Virus record (IMG/VR): IMGVR_UViG_3300044676_007235
Coordinates: 1-43,383 of that record
DNA length: 43,383 nt
Strand: one strand, 5' to 3'
Origin: a virus
Lineage: Duplodnaviria; Caudoviricetes
In this document: positions 17,601 through 28,200 of the stretch, one piece after another
How the letters are laid out: each line of letters begins with the position of its first letter
How positions within the stretch are numbered: position 1 is the stretch's first letter
Program-made: the position numbers and the translations under genes
The notes under the pieces: generated by a model
The model's database searches: none
Told to the model about the DNA's origin: nothing
Seen by the model: the letters and a program-made list of their open reading frames with translations, nothing else

Positions 17601-20600
17601 ACAAGTTTACTCCAGCAAATATAAGTTTCACTACACCATTTAAGCAAGAGATTGTAATAGACACTGAAACGTATGATAATAATAAGATTGAAGTAGTTCC
17701 AAGTAAGTATACTGGTTCCCATACTGTCACTGGTATCGCTGCCACATCCTTCACCTACAACGTCTCAGAGACTCCAGAAAGCGCCTCTTATACTAATACC
17801 AACTCTACTACCACATACAAGACTAATTCTACAACTGCATATGGTGCAATTGAAGATATTCAAATCACATATAAAGGTGCAGGATATGAAAATGTAATCG
17901 GTATTTCTGAAATTGTTGGTGTTTCTACAAATACAAATAGAAAGGATGCCATTCTCGAACCAAAGAGTACAACCATTGGTTCTATTCTTGATACTGAGAT
18001 TAAAGATATTGGCTTCAACTATCCTTCAGATAATACTCTGAGACCTGTTTTACAACTGCCAGAGATTCTTGAAATAAATCCTCTATCATCTTTCGATAGT
18101 ATTGGTATTACTTCTGCAGGGCAGAATTATAGTTCTCCACCTGGTTTGGTTGTTCTCGATGGATTAACTGGTAAGACAGTCAACGATGTAGATCTTGAGT
18201 ATGACTTAGGAGACACTAGTGTAAGAATTCTCAAGAATACTAGTGGAATGTATAACACCAATCCAACTATTCTTCCTGTCGGTAACTCAAACGGCATCAA
18301 AATTAAAACTATCTCCTTTGACATGTCAACAAGGGAGGTTACCGTTGGACTGAATACTTCTTATAGCGAATCTGCTCCTTTCTCTGTTGGAGACAAAGTT
18401 CTGATTGAGAATGTAAGTGTTGGTGTTGGAACAACTGGTAATGGATATAACTCCGAAGCATATGGATATGCACTCTTTACTTTAGATGAAGTCTATATTC
18501 CCCTGGGCGGAAGTGTTGGTGTTGTTACTTACAGTCTTGCAAACTACCTTGAAGAAGGCATCTTCCCAGGTAACTTTGATACAAATAACTCTGCAGGAAG
18601 AATTGTAAACGAAAAGAACTTCCCACAGTTTGATGTAAAACTGAAGAAGAACAACTTTATTATTGGCGAAACTGTCACTAGTGATGGTGCTACTGGAATT
18701 GTTGAAAGTTGGAACAATCAGATTGAACTTCTGAAAGTATCTACTAAAGATGATTTCCTTGTTAACGACACTGTTGTTGGCGAAACCTCTAGGACGAAAG
18801 GAACTGTTAGATATAAGACTGAGTTTGATGCTCAGGTTAAGATTGATTCTGGTTCTGTAGTTAAGAAAGGTTGGGGTAGAAACACTGGGGTACTGAATAC
18901 AAATACTGAAAGACTGCCTGACAACGATTACTATCAAAACTTTTCATATTCACTGAAGTCTCAAGTACCATTTGATAAGTGGGAAGATGCCGTTAGTTCT
19001 CTGTCTCACACTGCAGGTTTCCTGAAGTTCAGTGACTTAGTTATTGAATCTGAAGATAGAATATTCCAAGGCGTATATTCTGATAATGATGGTGCTAATG
19101 TTACTGTTGTGGTTGATTTGGATGGAGCAATTGATTTAGATTGTTATCCATATTTTGACTTAGTAACAGAAAACTCTCTTCTTGGTGCCTCTAGTGGAAA
19201 TCTTTCTGATGAAATTTTCTTCAACTCTAGAGTTCTAACTGATTACTTTGAATCATTTGGTAATAGAGTTCTGACAATTGATGATATTTCTCCTCAATTT
19301 AACAATACTCCACGTCCAACCAGATTCTCTGTAGTCAAAAATTTTGATGTAAATCAAAAGGTTAAGAAGATTTTCTTCCATATTGCAGATAAATTATTCA
19401 CTGACGAAAAACAAGCATCATTTGTTACCATCTTACATGACGGTTCTCAAGCTGTTATTGGACAATATGGCAGAGTAGAAACCACTAGTGATCTTGGCAC
19501 CTTCGACTTCAGAATCAGAGGTTCTGAAGCTCAGGTTTTATTCTTCCCAACTAAGTTTGCAATCAACAATTACAATGTTACTCATGTAAGTTTTGATATC
19601 GATAGCACTGTTGCAGGTGTTGGCGAGACGATGATTGGTAACATCGTTGACTTTAAGGCAACTAAAACATTAGGAATCAGCTCAGCGTCTACCATTGTTT
19701 CATTTGGAACAACATACAGAAGTGCAAAAGTCATTATAGAAATTAATGATGATTTTGGTAATTACGAATATGATGAGTTGAACATTCTTCATGATGGAAC
19801 AAATGTTGAGGCTGTTACATTTGGACAACTTTCAACACAAACTCTGAATGAATTTGAAGTCGCAGGCCTTGGAACTTATAGTGCTGAAATTGATAGTGGC
19901 AATGTAATTGTTAAACTGCATCCTAAGGCGGGTATTGCATGTACTACACACGCCTTTATCAAATCTATTACAAATTCCTCTGTTGCAGGTATTGCAGGTA
20001 CTGTTAATATCGGTACTCTAGATGGCTCAAACATCTCAAGAATTGATAGCAAAGCAACCTCTATCGCATCAACGAGTACTCCTACCGCAAACACTGTTTC
20101 TTCTTTTGCTCTGGAAGGGCTGGGATCCGCATATTATCTGGTAAGTGTAGAGGATAAAACTAATAGCAAATATGCAATGTCAGAACTCATCGGCGTTATC
20201 GATGAGTCTGAAAGTTATGCTACTGAATATGGTTCACTTGAAACTGGCGGAATTGGTACTTTCGGATTCGGAAGAGATTCTGATAATGCTCTTCTGCAGT
20301 TTACTCCAGAACCAAATATTGAAGTTGATGTGAGAGTTCTCCAAGTACAGCTGGATATTTTAGACGTACTGACTGGTGATTCTGCTGAGTTGGACTTACA
20401 GACTGCCTCAGTTACCGCAGGTTTTGGTTTCTATGAAGGAACTGAAATTGATGTTAAGAGAGCGTTCGCTATGAGACATAAGGGAAGAGAAATCTTCCAG
20501 AGAAACTTTGATGCAAGTGATTCTAACGTTATTAATGTATCTGATAATACAATCTTTATCCCTGAGCACTTCTTTGTCACTGGCGAAGAACTTGTATATT

Positions 20601-23600
20601 CCTATGCAGATACTTCTACTCCCCCTACTGGACTCACGACTACAACCGTATTTGCTGTCAAGGTTGATGATAGAAAAATCAAGATTGCAACCACTGCAGC
20701 AAATGCATTAGCAACTATTCCAACAGTTATTGGTATTTCTTCAGTTGGTGTTGGAACGTTCCACACTTTCACTAGTAAGAACCAAAACACCAAGTGTATG
20801 ATTGCACTTGACAATATGATTCAACAACCAATTGTTTCTACTGCTGTTACAACTGGACTCTCTACTAGTCTAAGACGTTCTGGAGATGTTATTAACCTTA
20901 CTGGAATCTCCTCAATTTTTGGTGGAGATTTGATTAAAATTAACGATGAGATTATGAAGGTTAACACTGTTGGACATGGTGGTGTAACAAGTGCAGTTTT
21001 GGTTGATAGGGCATGGATGGGAACGGGAATTGGAACTCATGCTCAGTTTGATAAGGTAACTAAAATCAACGGTGCATATAACATCGTAGATAACACACTT
21101 CATTTCTATACTTCACCCACAGGGCCTACTCCAATCGGCAGTACCACTAACGAACCTGATAGCAGAGATTTTACTGGAATTACAACTTCATCGTTCTTCC
21201 AGGGTAGAACTTTCATCAGAAGTGCTGCAGAGGGAACTGCCAAAGAAGTTTATAATACAAACTACGTCTTTGATGATATTTCGTCCAATTTTGATGCAAA
21301 AACTAAGACATTTACTCTGACTTCTAGTGGACAAAATGTTACTGGATTTAGTACAAACAATGCTGTTGTTCTTGTTAATAACATTTTCCAGGGCCCAACT
21401 GGACTTCTGCCAGTTGCACAAGATTATTCTCTGAATGAAGGAAGTGGTATTAGTAGTATCACATTTACTGGAACCGCTACATCTATCTCTTCAGATCCCA
21501 ACAGCGCAACTGTCCCTGTTGGCGGACTGATTGTTTCTGTTGGTTCAACTGGAGGATTTGGTTATCAACCTCTTGTATCTGCAGGTGCTACTGCAATTGT
21601 TTCTTCTGGTGGAACTGTTTCGTCTATCAGTATTGGAAACAGTGGTTCCGGTTATCGCACCTCTCAAACAGTATTTGTTGGTGTTACAACTGCTAATATT
21701 GGAACTCCTAACATCACCAGAATTGGTATTGCAACTGTTAGTGGTGGACACATTGTTGGTGTTGCAATTACAAATGGCGGTTCTGGATTCTTCCAAGGTT
21801 CTGAACCAATCGTAATTATTGATGCTCCTAATTCTTATTCAAATATTCCTTTAGAGTATAGTTCTGATTCTTCCTCTGGTTTGGGGACAGAGGCAACTGT
21901 TGATATCGTTGTTGGACAAGGTTCTAGTGTAATTGATTTTGAAATCAGAAATCTTGGTTACAATTACAGAGAAAACCACATTCTGACTGTTCCTGTCGGT
22001 GGTGCTACTGGAATTCCAACAGATACTACATCAACATTTGAAGAATTCCAAATTACTGTTCAGAGAACTGAAAGTGATTCCTTCTCTGCATGGCATTTTG
22101 GAGAACTTGACGTACTAGACAAGATTGAAAATGAGTTTGATGGAATTAAGAGAACCTTTACTCTGAAGAAAAATGATTCTCCAATTACAATTAGAGCAGC
22201 GGAAGGTTCTGTCATTGATGTTGAATCTACTCTCCTCATCTTTGTTAATGATATCCTGCAGGTTCCTGGAGAAGGATATTCCTTCCCTGGCGGTAGTGCT
22301 CTAACATTTGCAGAACCTCCAAGGGGTGCTAGTGCAGATGGAAACTTCTCTGGGGACAAGGTTAAGATTCTCTTCTACAAGGGAAGTGGAGATGTTGATG
22401 TTATCTTCCGTGATGTTCTTGAGACAGTTAAGATTGGTGATGATTTAACCATTGAAAATCAAGAAGAAAGATTGGTTGATGAAATTGTATCCTCAGATAC
22501 TGTAGGCAACAACCCATATTCTGGCCCAGGCATAGATGGTAATCCCAACAACATTCGTACTGTTACCTGGTGCAAGCAAAGGAATGATAAAATCATTAAT
22601 GGACAAATTGTAAGTAAAGCAAGAGTTTTAAATTCTGCTCTTATTAATCCAACTACACACGTTATCCAATCTGTTGGTGTTGGTTCTACAAATGTATATG
22701 TTGAAAGTGTATCTACATTCTTCAACCCAACTAATGAAAATAACACCGTACTTAACACTCAAAAGATTGAACTTATTTCGCAAGATATAATTGTAGGTGC
22801 ATCTGCAACTGCTATTGTTTCTGCTGCTGGAACAATTTCATCCATTGTTGTTAGTACTGGTGGAACTGGTTATGTAAGTGCTCCAGATGTAATTGTCGCC
22901 AATCCTGTCGGACTTGGAACAACGACGAGGGCATCTGCAACTACAACTCTTACTGGAGATACAGTTTCTTCCGTGACTGTAACTTCTCCTGGAACTGGTT
23001 ATACAGTTACAAATCCCCCTGTAATTCTGATTGAAACTCCTACTGCAATTTCAGAAGAAAATACTTCAGATTCTTACACTGGTGACTTTGGACTAATTGT
23101 TGGAGTTACAACAACATCAGTTGGATTGGCATCCACAGCATTTGTACTTGACTTGTTCATTCCTACTGATTCTTATCTGAGAGATACTTCTATTGTCAGT
23201 GCTGCTACAACAATTAGTACCTTGAAATCTGGAGATTACTTTGTTGTTAAGAGTAGTAATGTTGGTAGTGGTGTTACATCACTTTATCAAGACAATACTG
23301 TTCTTGGGGTAACTACACAATTCCTAGATAGCGTATATGAAGTCGCTACTGTTTCAACTGCTACAACTGCGGTTGCTGGTGTTGGAGTTACTTATGTAAG
23401 AAGAGTTACTGTAAGTGTCAGTGACTTAGGTAATATCTCTGGAATCGGATTAACTGAATTCTATGGAGAATACTCCTGGGGATTGGTTGATTTAGGAATC
23501 AGAAAGTCTGCACAAGCATTCTCGGCATATACCCTGAATGGTTCTGCAGGAATTTCAACCTCCGCCAAATTGACAAGAGTTCAACCTCTAAAACTCTCTA

Positions 23601-23611
23601 ATTATTCTTAA
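11612..23611 (+). CDS. gp7: giant baseplate wedge initiator / structural protein (3999 aa) with YHYH-like insert
   Basis: Between gp6 and gp8; FLKQYY, DFYQSKGT, YYQNFSYSLKS...HTAGF motifs; many GxGY beta repeats. Confidence 0.8.
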   Translation: MISTDSKRVQLQDIVEHQLPAYVRDDFPLIVDFLKQYYIGQEYPGAPVDLIQNIDLYLKLETLTSNAESTELSSNVSLGDTTISVSYDVNSGILGTTDFPEKYGLIQINDEVILYTDKTRNTFTGCIRGFSGITDYSSLTATDKLTFSNTNGAAHTQGTKVINLSALLFAEFLKKIKTQFTPGFDERELSGDVNERLFVSRAKDFYQSKGTDESFKILFHALYGEDVEVLKPQDFLFKPSDAQYRVTKDIVVEAISGDPLNIKNQTLFQDEFDDYNISKAYASITDVEKLLRDGREFYKLSVDFDYSKDITFDGSVLGEFSVHPFSKIITKVSAGSSIIDVDSTIGFPKSGELVVKYTDGTTGIMTYRDKSINQFFSVGVANTTTIGLTKEIDSTESVRLNTVAYSYVGVGTANKVTMRIGSVLAEPVIEGSTYYFSKNDTGGIKSLGITARGAKAESFLYNVATELQVEKIEISDKSVPSYTVKTYSAHRFKVGDSISLVSSEGSSDGTVTSIVDETSFITAGQGTLTGSAYTVRRNLLKGDIDTTLSDYYYAENIFTDVQNTYARFNQDLLVASTSVPRYYDTPLDFYDRKVKLDGSYNGEIFTVSVNDHGYQTGDSVYYEKYKFTADFGYTVESGFDIEEGVYYVKRVNDTQFKLSTSQANLYNDSFVSVSGIVTANSLTDSRFQGKSLENQKLLREVIAPTNESNPVSTEAGKTGILINGVEILNYKSNNAVYYGTIDDITVTSKGSGYDIINPPHVNISDSVGTGATATAAVIGSLNRIEILDSGFDYVETPVVTISGGNGLGAKAYANTKIIDYAVSFNSEDNAKVSTSDNSIGFSTFHKFRNGERVTYRTDGQKAVGGISTDAQYYVQTTDASTIKLYKDEGDALVGLNTVSLSSLGIGVQRLETVAKKTIVSNIIVEDSGSGYQSKARTTSTAGINTALNQINITNHGYKSEELVRISSSGTVVGGLNESTSYYVTIVDGDNFKLSSVGLGTTAANFYYNTKQYIDLTSTGSGTHTFNYEPIVVTVSGKIGVTTFSGQDFNALIQPVFRGEIDSIQVNDGGVGYGASTIIGYNRQPIFTISSGSGAELLPIVNNGRIQEVIVTNSGSGYNSTPNIEVFGTGKYCVLVPVVTNGRITDVKVANAGAGYENKTRAVVIASGSNARLEAEIQKWTVNLFEKYYNILSDDDGILTSSMNEEYGIQYSHLYAPRKLRQSVFSKIQGNDIKYGVFDLTVQNGEEIASKFHSPIIGWAYDGNPIYGPYGFSTNSGGVVTAMKSGYEKIQRANHPDSFDLGFFVEDYQFTNAGDLDEHNGRFCITPEYPNGVYAYFATINPTNTEGVGAFQGFRKPQFPYLIGNSYKSKPNPFNFALTSNQRDYDLNSSDWFRNTTPYSLTETTVNYNFLYEPNKVRNQTVNIVSVSTGSIDNIGIVTGGKSYQVGDKITFEGKSPAKARVSKVSGISVDTITSSSTTVSPLEIIPSGGAGVYVAFAATPHNLTNKNLVSLAGFNTSIGILQGSFIAGVSSDKYSLSSAVGNATATGIVTYFSIGGNLSSIYENDIFELGSEKVKVLNVEIDNSRVRVLRSVEGTVSAAHTATSVLSEVPRRFSIQSSPELDIAFELNKELYFNPGEALGVGTIAGVGIGNTVFFSNPGAGITQKYVQTRNIYLPKHEFKTGDEVKYAANGGLSIQVATDPTGVTTFRFGEDTPVFIAKISDDLIGIATVKVGLGSTGTFTGVANTTASTELLYFTGIGTGVQHSFTTVKTNVVTCEATRNVVTVSTASTHALEIADTIDVNVDVGTTQTITVKYDDFNRRIVFNPKTFIAGNVDTTENTVTISDHGYRNGDKVIHTATTPSGGLVDERIYYVRRFTKDKVKFCTSRHEALKFNPVFVDITSTSAGTLSAINPRVDAYEGSTVKFDLSDSSLSSLNGATLYSAFDFDIYNDKTLSNVFDSTGTSGKFEVTKIGNIGIDANAALNLIINKFVPTELYYKFTPANISFTTPFKQEIVIDTETYDNNKIEVVPSKYTGSHTVTGIAATSFTYNVSETPESASYTNTNSTTTYKTNSTTAYGAIEDIQITYKGAGYENVIGISEIVGVSTNTNRKDAILEPKSTTIGSILDTEIKDIGFNYPSDNTLRPVLQLPEILEINPLSSFDSIGITSAGQNYSSPPGLVVLDGLTGKTVNDVDLEYDLGDTSVRILKNTSGMYNTNPTILPVGNSNGIKIKTISFDMSTREVTVGLNTSYSESAPFSVGDKVLIENVSVGVGTTGNGYNSEAYGYALFTLDEVYIPLGGSVGVVTYSLANYLEEGIFPGNFDTNNSAGRIVNEKNFPQFDVKLKKNNFIIGETVTSDGATGIVESWNNQIELLKVSTKDDFLVNDTVVGETSRTKGTVRYKTEFDAQVKIDSGSVVKKGWGRNTGVLNTNTERLPDNDYYQNFSYSLKSQVPFDKWEDAVSSLSHTAGFLKFSDLVIESEDRIFQGVYSDNDGANVTVVVDLDGAIDLDCYPYFDLVTENSLLGASSGNLSDEIFFNSRVLTDYFESFGNRVLTIDDISPQFNNTPRPTRFSVVKNFDVNQKVKKIFFHIADKLFTDEKQASFVTILHDGSQAVIGQYGRVETTSDLGTFDFRIRGSEAQVLFFPTKFAINNYNVTHVSFDIDSTVAGVGETMIGNIVDFKATKTLGISSASTIVSFGTTYRSAKVIIEINDDFGNYEYDELNILHDGTNVEAVTFGQLSTQTLNEFEVAGLGTYSAEIDSGNVIVKLHPKAGIACTTHAFIKSITNSSVAGIAGTVNIGTLDGSNISRIDSKATSIASTSTPTANTVSSFALEGLGSAYYLVSVEDKTNSKYAMSELIGVIDESESYATEYGSLETGGIGTFGFGRDSDNALLQFTPEPNIEVDVRVLQVQLDILDVLTGDSAELDLQTASVTAGFGFYEGTEIDVKRAFAMRHKGREIFQRNFDASDSNVINVSDNTIFIPEHFFVTGEELVYSYADTSTPPTGLTTTTVFAVKVDDRKIKIATTAANALATIPTVIGISSVGVGTFHTFTSKNQNTKCMIALDNMIQQPIVSTAVTTGLSTSLRRSGDVINLTGISSIFGGDLIKINDEIMKVNTVGHGGVTSAVLVDRAWMGTGIGTHAQFDKVTKINGAYNIVDNTLHFYTSPTGPTPIGSTTNEPDSRDFTGITTSSFFQGRTFIRSAAEGTAKEVYNTNYVFDDISSNFDAKTKTFTLTSSGQNVTGFSTNNAVVLVNNIFQGPTGLLPVAQDYSLNEGSGISSITFTGTATSISSDPNSATVPVGGLIVSVGSTGGFGYQPLVSAGATAIVSSGGTVSSISIGNSGSGYRTSQTVFVGVTTANIGTPNITRIGIATVSGGHIVGVAITNGGSGFFQGSEPIVIIDAPNSYSNIPLEYSSDSSSGLGTEATVDIVVGQGSSVIDFEIRNLGYNYRENHILTVPVGGATGIPTDTTSTFEEFQITVQRTESDSFSAWHFGELDVLDKIENEFDGIKRTFTLKKNDSPITIRAAEGSVIDVESTLLIFVNDILQVPGEGYSFPGGSALTFAEPPRGASADGNFSGDKVKILFYKGSGDVDVIFRDVLETVKIGDDLTIENQEERLVDEIVSSDTVGNNPYSGPGIDGNPNNIRTVTWCKQRNDKIINGQIVSKARVLNSALINPTTHVIQSVGVGSTNVYVESVSTFFNPTNENNTVLNTQKIELISQDIIVGASATAIVSAAGTISSIVVSTGGTGYVSAPDVIVANPVGLGTTTRASATTTLTGDTVSSVTVTSPGTGYTVTNPPVILIETPTAISEENTSDSYTGDFGLIVGVTTTSVGLASTAFVLDLFIPTDSYLRDTSIVSAATTISTLKSGDYFVVKSSNVGSGVTSLYQDNTVLGVTTQFLDSVYEVATVSTATTAVAGVGVTYVRRVTVSVSDLGNISGIGLTEFYGEYSWGLVDLGIRKSAQAFSAYTLNGSAGISTSAKLTRVQPLKLSNYS

Positions 23612-23618
23612 ATAAATA
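23609..23618 (+). promoter_or_regulatory. late-promoter-like motif
   Basis: TAAATAAATA upstream of gp8. Confidence 0.55.
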
Positions 23619-23637
23619 AGTAAAAAACTATCTAGAA

Positions 23638-25194
23638 ATGTCAGCAATTATAACTGATCAGCTTCGTATTTTGAATGCAAAAGAGTTTGTTGCTAGTGTT
23701 GCCTCTACTAGCAATTCTTACTACTCCTTTGTTGGATTGCCCAATGCAACTGAGGTGAGTTCTGCCTGGAATACTAGTCCTCCAGATCCTAGAGACAACT
23801 TTGATGAGGAGAATAATTATTGGGACACAATGATTGCTCTCAAAAAAATTAATGAGTCTGATGTTAAACAGGTTGTTAGAAAAAATACTTGGGCATCTGG
23901 TGTAAACTATGACATGTATAGACATGATATCAAGGCAAATAATCCATCAAAACCATCAAACGCCATTAGTTTGTACGAAGCAAATTACTATGTAATAAAT
24001 AGCGATTTTAAGGTTTATATTTGTCTTCAGAATGGCACTGATCCAGAAAATCCAAATGGAAGAGCATCTTTAGATGAACCTACTTTCACCGACTTGGAAC
24101 CAAGAGAAGCAGGTACAAGTGGTGATGGTTATGTCTGGAAATATCTTTTTACCATTAGTCCAAGTGATATTATAAAGTTTGATTCTACAAACTTCATTCC
24201 CGTTCCAAAAGATTGGGAAACTAATACAACTGATGCTTCGGTAAGAAATAATGCATCGACTAGTGGACAGTTAAAGATTGTAACAATTACAAATAGAGGT
24301 GTTGGTGTAGGAACTGCGAATCGAACTTATACAAGAGTTCCAATTAAAGGAGATGGTAATGGCGCAGAAGCAACCGTTGTAATTAATAATAATGCAAAAG
24401 TTGAGTCCGTTACCATTTCAAATGGTGGCGAGGGATACACTTTTGGAACTGTTGATTTGGCAGCAGGTGGTGCTCCTACTGGTTCCACTTCTCCCATCTT
24501 CAATGTAATCATTCCCCCTCAGGGTGGACATGGTGCCGACATTTATAGAGAACTAGGTGCAAGAAACACTTTGATTTATTCTAGAATTGAAAATGATTCG
24601 GAAAATCCAGATTTCATTACTGGAAATGAGATTGCAAGAATTGGAATCGTTCAAAATCCTCAAGCGTTCAGTTCTACAGAAAATCTGGGATTAGATAAAG
24701 CAAGTGCGGTTTACGGACTTAAGTTAACTGGTGCTGGTTACAGTTCTGCAACTTTCGCTGCAGATGCATTTATCACTCAAACAGTAGGTTTAGGTTCTAC
24801 TGCAGTGGGTAGAGTTGTATCTTATGATTCAACTACAGGTGTTCTTAAGTATTGGCAGGACAGAAGTCTTGCAGGTTTTAATACTGATGGAACTCAGGAT
24901 ACCTCACCTGTATATGGAAATAGACTACTAAGATTTACCTCAACTCCAGGTGCTAGTGGAGGTTCACTGAATATACTTGGTGGTTCGACAACTTTGGCAA
25001 TTCATACTGCATTTACTGGTGTCTCGACAGTAATAAATAATCGTACATATTACCTTGGACAATCTTTCTCCGATGGTGTAGCAAATCCAGAAGTCAAAAA
25101 ATATTCTGGAAATATTATCTACATTGACAATCGCCCATCGATTACAAGATCTACAAGTCAAAAAGAAGATATCAAGGTCATTTTGCAGTTCTAA
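23638..25194 (+). CDS. gp8: baseplate wedge subunit
   Basis: MSAIITDQLRILNA, VYICLQN, DGYVWKYLFTI, GNIIYIDNR..QKEDIKVILQF. Confidence 0.92.
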   Translation: MSAIITDQLRILNAKEFVASVASTSNSYYSFVGLPNATEVSSAWNTSPPDPRDNFDEENNYWDTMIALKKINESDVKQVVRKNTWASGVNYDMYRHDIKANNPSKPSNAISLYEANYYVINSDFKVYICLQNGTDPENPNGRASLDEPTFTDLEPREAGTSGDGYVWKYLFTISPSDIIKFDSTNFIPVPKDWETNTTDASVRNNASTSGQLKIVTITNRGVGVGTANRTYTRVPIKGDGNGAEATVVINNNAKVESVTISNGGEGYTFGTVDLAAGGAPTGSTSPIFNVIIPPQGGHGADIYRELGARNTLIYSRIENDSENPDFITGNEIARIGIVQNPQAFSSTENLGLDKASAVYGLKLTGAGYSSATFAADAFITQTVGLGSTAVGRVVSYDSTTGVLKYWQDRSLAGFNTDGTQDTSPVYGNRLLRFTSTPGASGGSLNILGGSTTLAIHTAFTGVSTVINNRTYYLGQSFSDGVANPEVKKYSGNIIYIDNRPSITRSTSQKEDIKVILQF

Positions 25195-25200
25195 CGAATT

Positions 25201-28200
25201 ATGTCACAGGAAACAAATTTAAACGTAGCCCCATATTTTGACGACTTTGATGCAAACAATGACTATTATAAAGTTCTTTTCAAACCTGGATATCCTGTCC
25301 AGGCAAGAGAACTAACAACTCTTCAATCGATTTTACAAAATCAGGTTGAAAAATTTGGACAGCATTTTTTCAAAGAAGGTGCTAAAGTCATTCCAGGAAA
25401 TACAGCATATAGCGCGTCCTATAATGCTGTTGAACTGGAAAATGTTTTCCTGGGCATTCCAGTAACAGATTATATTAATCAATTAATTGGTACAAAAATT
25501 ACTGGAGAAACATCTGGAGTAACCGCAGTAGTAGATAAAGTTCTGATGCCAACATCCTCGGAAAGAGGAAGTACGACGTTATATGTAAGTTATCTTGGTT
25601 CAAACTCTGAAGATAATGCAACCACTACTTTTGCTGACGGCGAACTTATTAGTTCTAATGTAGCACTTTCTGCTGCAAGCACGATTATCAGTGCTAATGA
25701 ACCATTTGCAAATGCTGTAACACAAAATGCAACCTCAGTTGGATCTGCATTCTCCATTTCTAATGGAGTTTACTTTGCAAAAGGAACATTTGTTAATGTT
25801 TCTGATGAAACACTTATTCTCGATCAGTATACAAATATCCCAAGTTACCGAATTGGACTTCTCATCAATGAGGAGATTATTAACTCAGACATTGATGCTA
25901 GTCTGAATGACAATTCAAGAGGATTTAATAACTATTCTGCTCCAGGAGCAGATAGACTCAAAATCTCTACATCTCTGTTTAAGAAAGCACTAGATGATTT
26001 TGATGATAACAATTTTATTGAACTTGCCACAGTTAATGAAGGTGTATTAAGAACTAAGAAGAGAGGAGACTATAGTTTATTAGAAGATACTCTGGCAAGA
26101 AGAACTTATGCAGAGTCTGGCGATTATTATATTCGAGCATTTGACTTAACTACAAAAGAATCTCTGAATAATAATCGTGGCAACAGAGGTGTGTTTAATA
26201 GTAGTCAATTAACTTACAATGGTTCAAGTCCTGAGGAAAGCCTAGGACTATATCAAATGTCTCCTGGTAAGGCGTTTATTAAAGGATACGAAGTTGAGAC
26301 TATTGCTCCAACTTATATTGATTTTCCAAAACCAAGAACAACTAAAACTCTCAAGAATCAAGCAGTTAATTATAAAACTGGTTCTACTTTAAGAGTAAAT
26401 GCTGTTCATGGACATCCCACTGTAGGACTTGGTAACACATTTGTACTGAGTCTGAGAGACTCTAGAGTTGGTGCAACCAGAACGGGTGTTCCTGGTAAAG
26501 AAATTGGTTTGGCAAGAGTTTATGATTTCAATTTGAACTCAGGTGCTTATAATTCAAACAACCTTGACTTAAATGAGTTCAATCTTGCTTTGTATGATGT
26601 TCAGACATTCTCTGAAATTCATCTGAACGAACCAATCACACTGTCAACTCCTACCTTTATTAAAGGTAATAATAGTGGAGCAACTGCATTCATCAGCACA
26701 TCTGTTGCCGCTGGAACAGCACTTACTGTATATGATAGAAGAGGTGATTTTGTTGCTAACGAATCATTCTCAATCAATGGCATTAACAACACAAGAGTTG
26801 CCATTGCAGTAACAAACTTTGGTATTTCTGATGTTAGAGCGGTATCATCTATCGTTGGTGCTGCTGCAACTTTTACTGCTGATACTATTCAAATTGAAAG
26901 TGTAGTAGTTGGTGTTGCCTCTATCTTTGCAAGAGTTGATAGTAATGGAACAAGTAAGGTTTCTAGCACTGCTAATAATTTCCCAGGAACACTGAGAGTT
27001 GGTAATCTGGTTAAGTTCAGTAACCTCACTTCTTCAGATCCCGTATTTGCATCTGTTGTAGCAGTTGGTTCTTCTGATGTCACCATCACTGGTGTTACAA
27101 CAATCACCGGAGTGTGTGACGGCGCTATGCCTGCGGGAGCCATTCACGTCCAGGACTTTGGGGTAATCACTACTCCTTTAGAAGGTGTGGAAGATAATTC
27201 ATTCTACACAAAACTCTCTAGAGATAATGTTGCTAATGTAGATCTCACTAGTGCTAACATCACAATTAGAAAATCTTTTGATGTTAATATTTCTAATAAT
27301 CAATTAACATCTTCAGTACAAGCAGGAAATAATGAAACATTCCTGCCATATTCTGCTGACAGATATGAATTAATCAGAGCGAACGGAACTATTGAAGCAT
27401 TGACTTCTGATAAGGTTTCTATTACAAATGGTGGAAGTAATATTCAGATTTATAATCTGTCAAATGGTGATGATGATGCAACTTTGGTTGCAACTCTGAA
27501 CAAAATTAAACCAAAATCAAAAGTTAAACTCAAGAATAGAGTCAGCACTATCGTAGTTGATAAGTCTGTACTTAGTGCATCTGGTATTGGTGCAACTACA
27601 TTGAATGATGGATTGACTTTTGGTAGTTATCCACATGGTACAAATGTTCAGGATGAAAAAATCTCTCTGAATACTCCAGATGTCCTTGACATTCATGCAG
27701 TATTTGAGTCTGTTGACACATCTGACGCATCGGCACCCACCTTCGTCATGTCTTCTCTAACTGGCCCCACAGGTAAAACCTCCGATTTAATTATTGGCGA
27801 GTCTGTTAGAGGTAAAGATACCGGCGCTGTAGGACAAGTTGCAGAGTTGTTGACTGATTCTAAGATTTCATTTATTAGTGGAAATAACAAAAACTTCAAA
27901 GAAGGTGAGATTCTTATTTTTGCAGAGTCTGAAATCCAGGCAGTTTTAACTACCATTGATACTCCAAGTATTAATATTTCTAGTGAATTTACATTTACCA
28001 ATGGACAGCGTTCATCTTTCTATAATTATGGGTTCATTACTAGAAAATCTGGCAAAAAAGCACCCTATAGAAAGTTAAAAATCTATTTCTCAAGCGCATA
28101 TTATCAAACCACTGATGATGGAGACATCACGACTGCGGATTCTTACACTGGATTTGATTACATTGAGGATATTCAGACTGTAAATTCAGTAAGAAACACT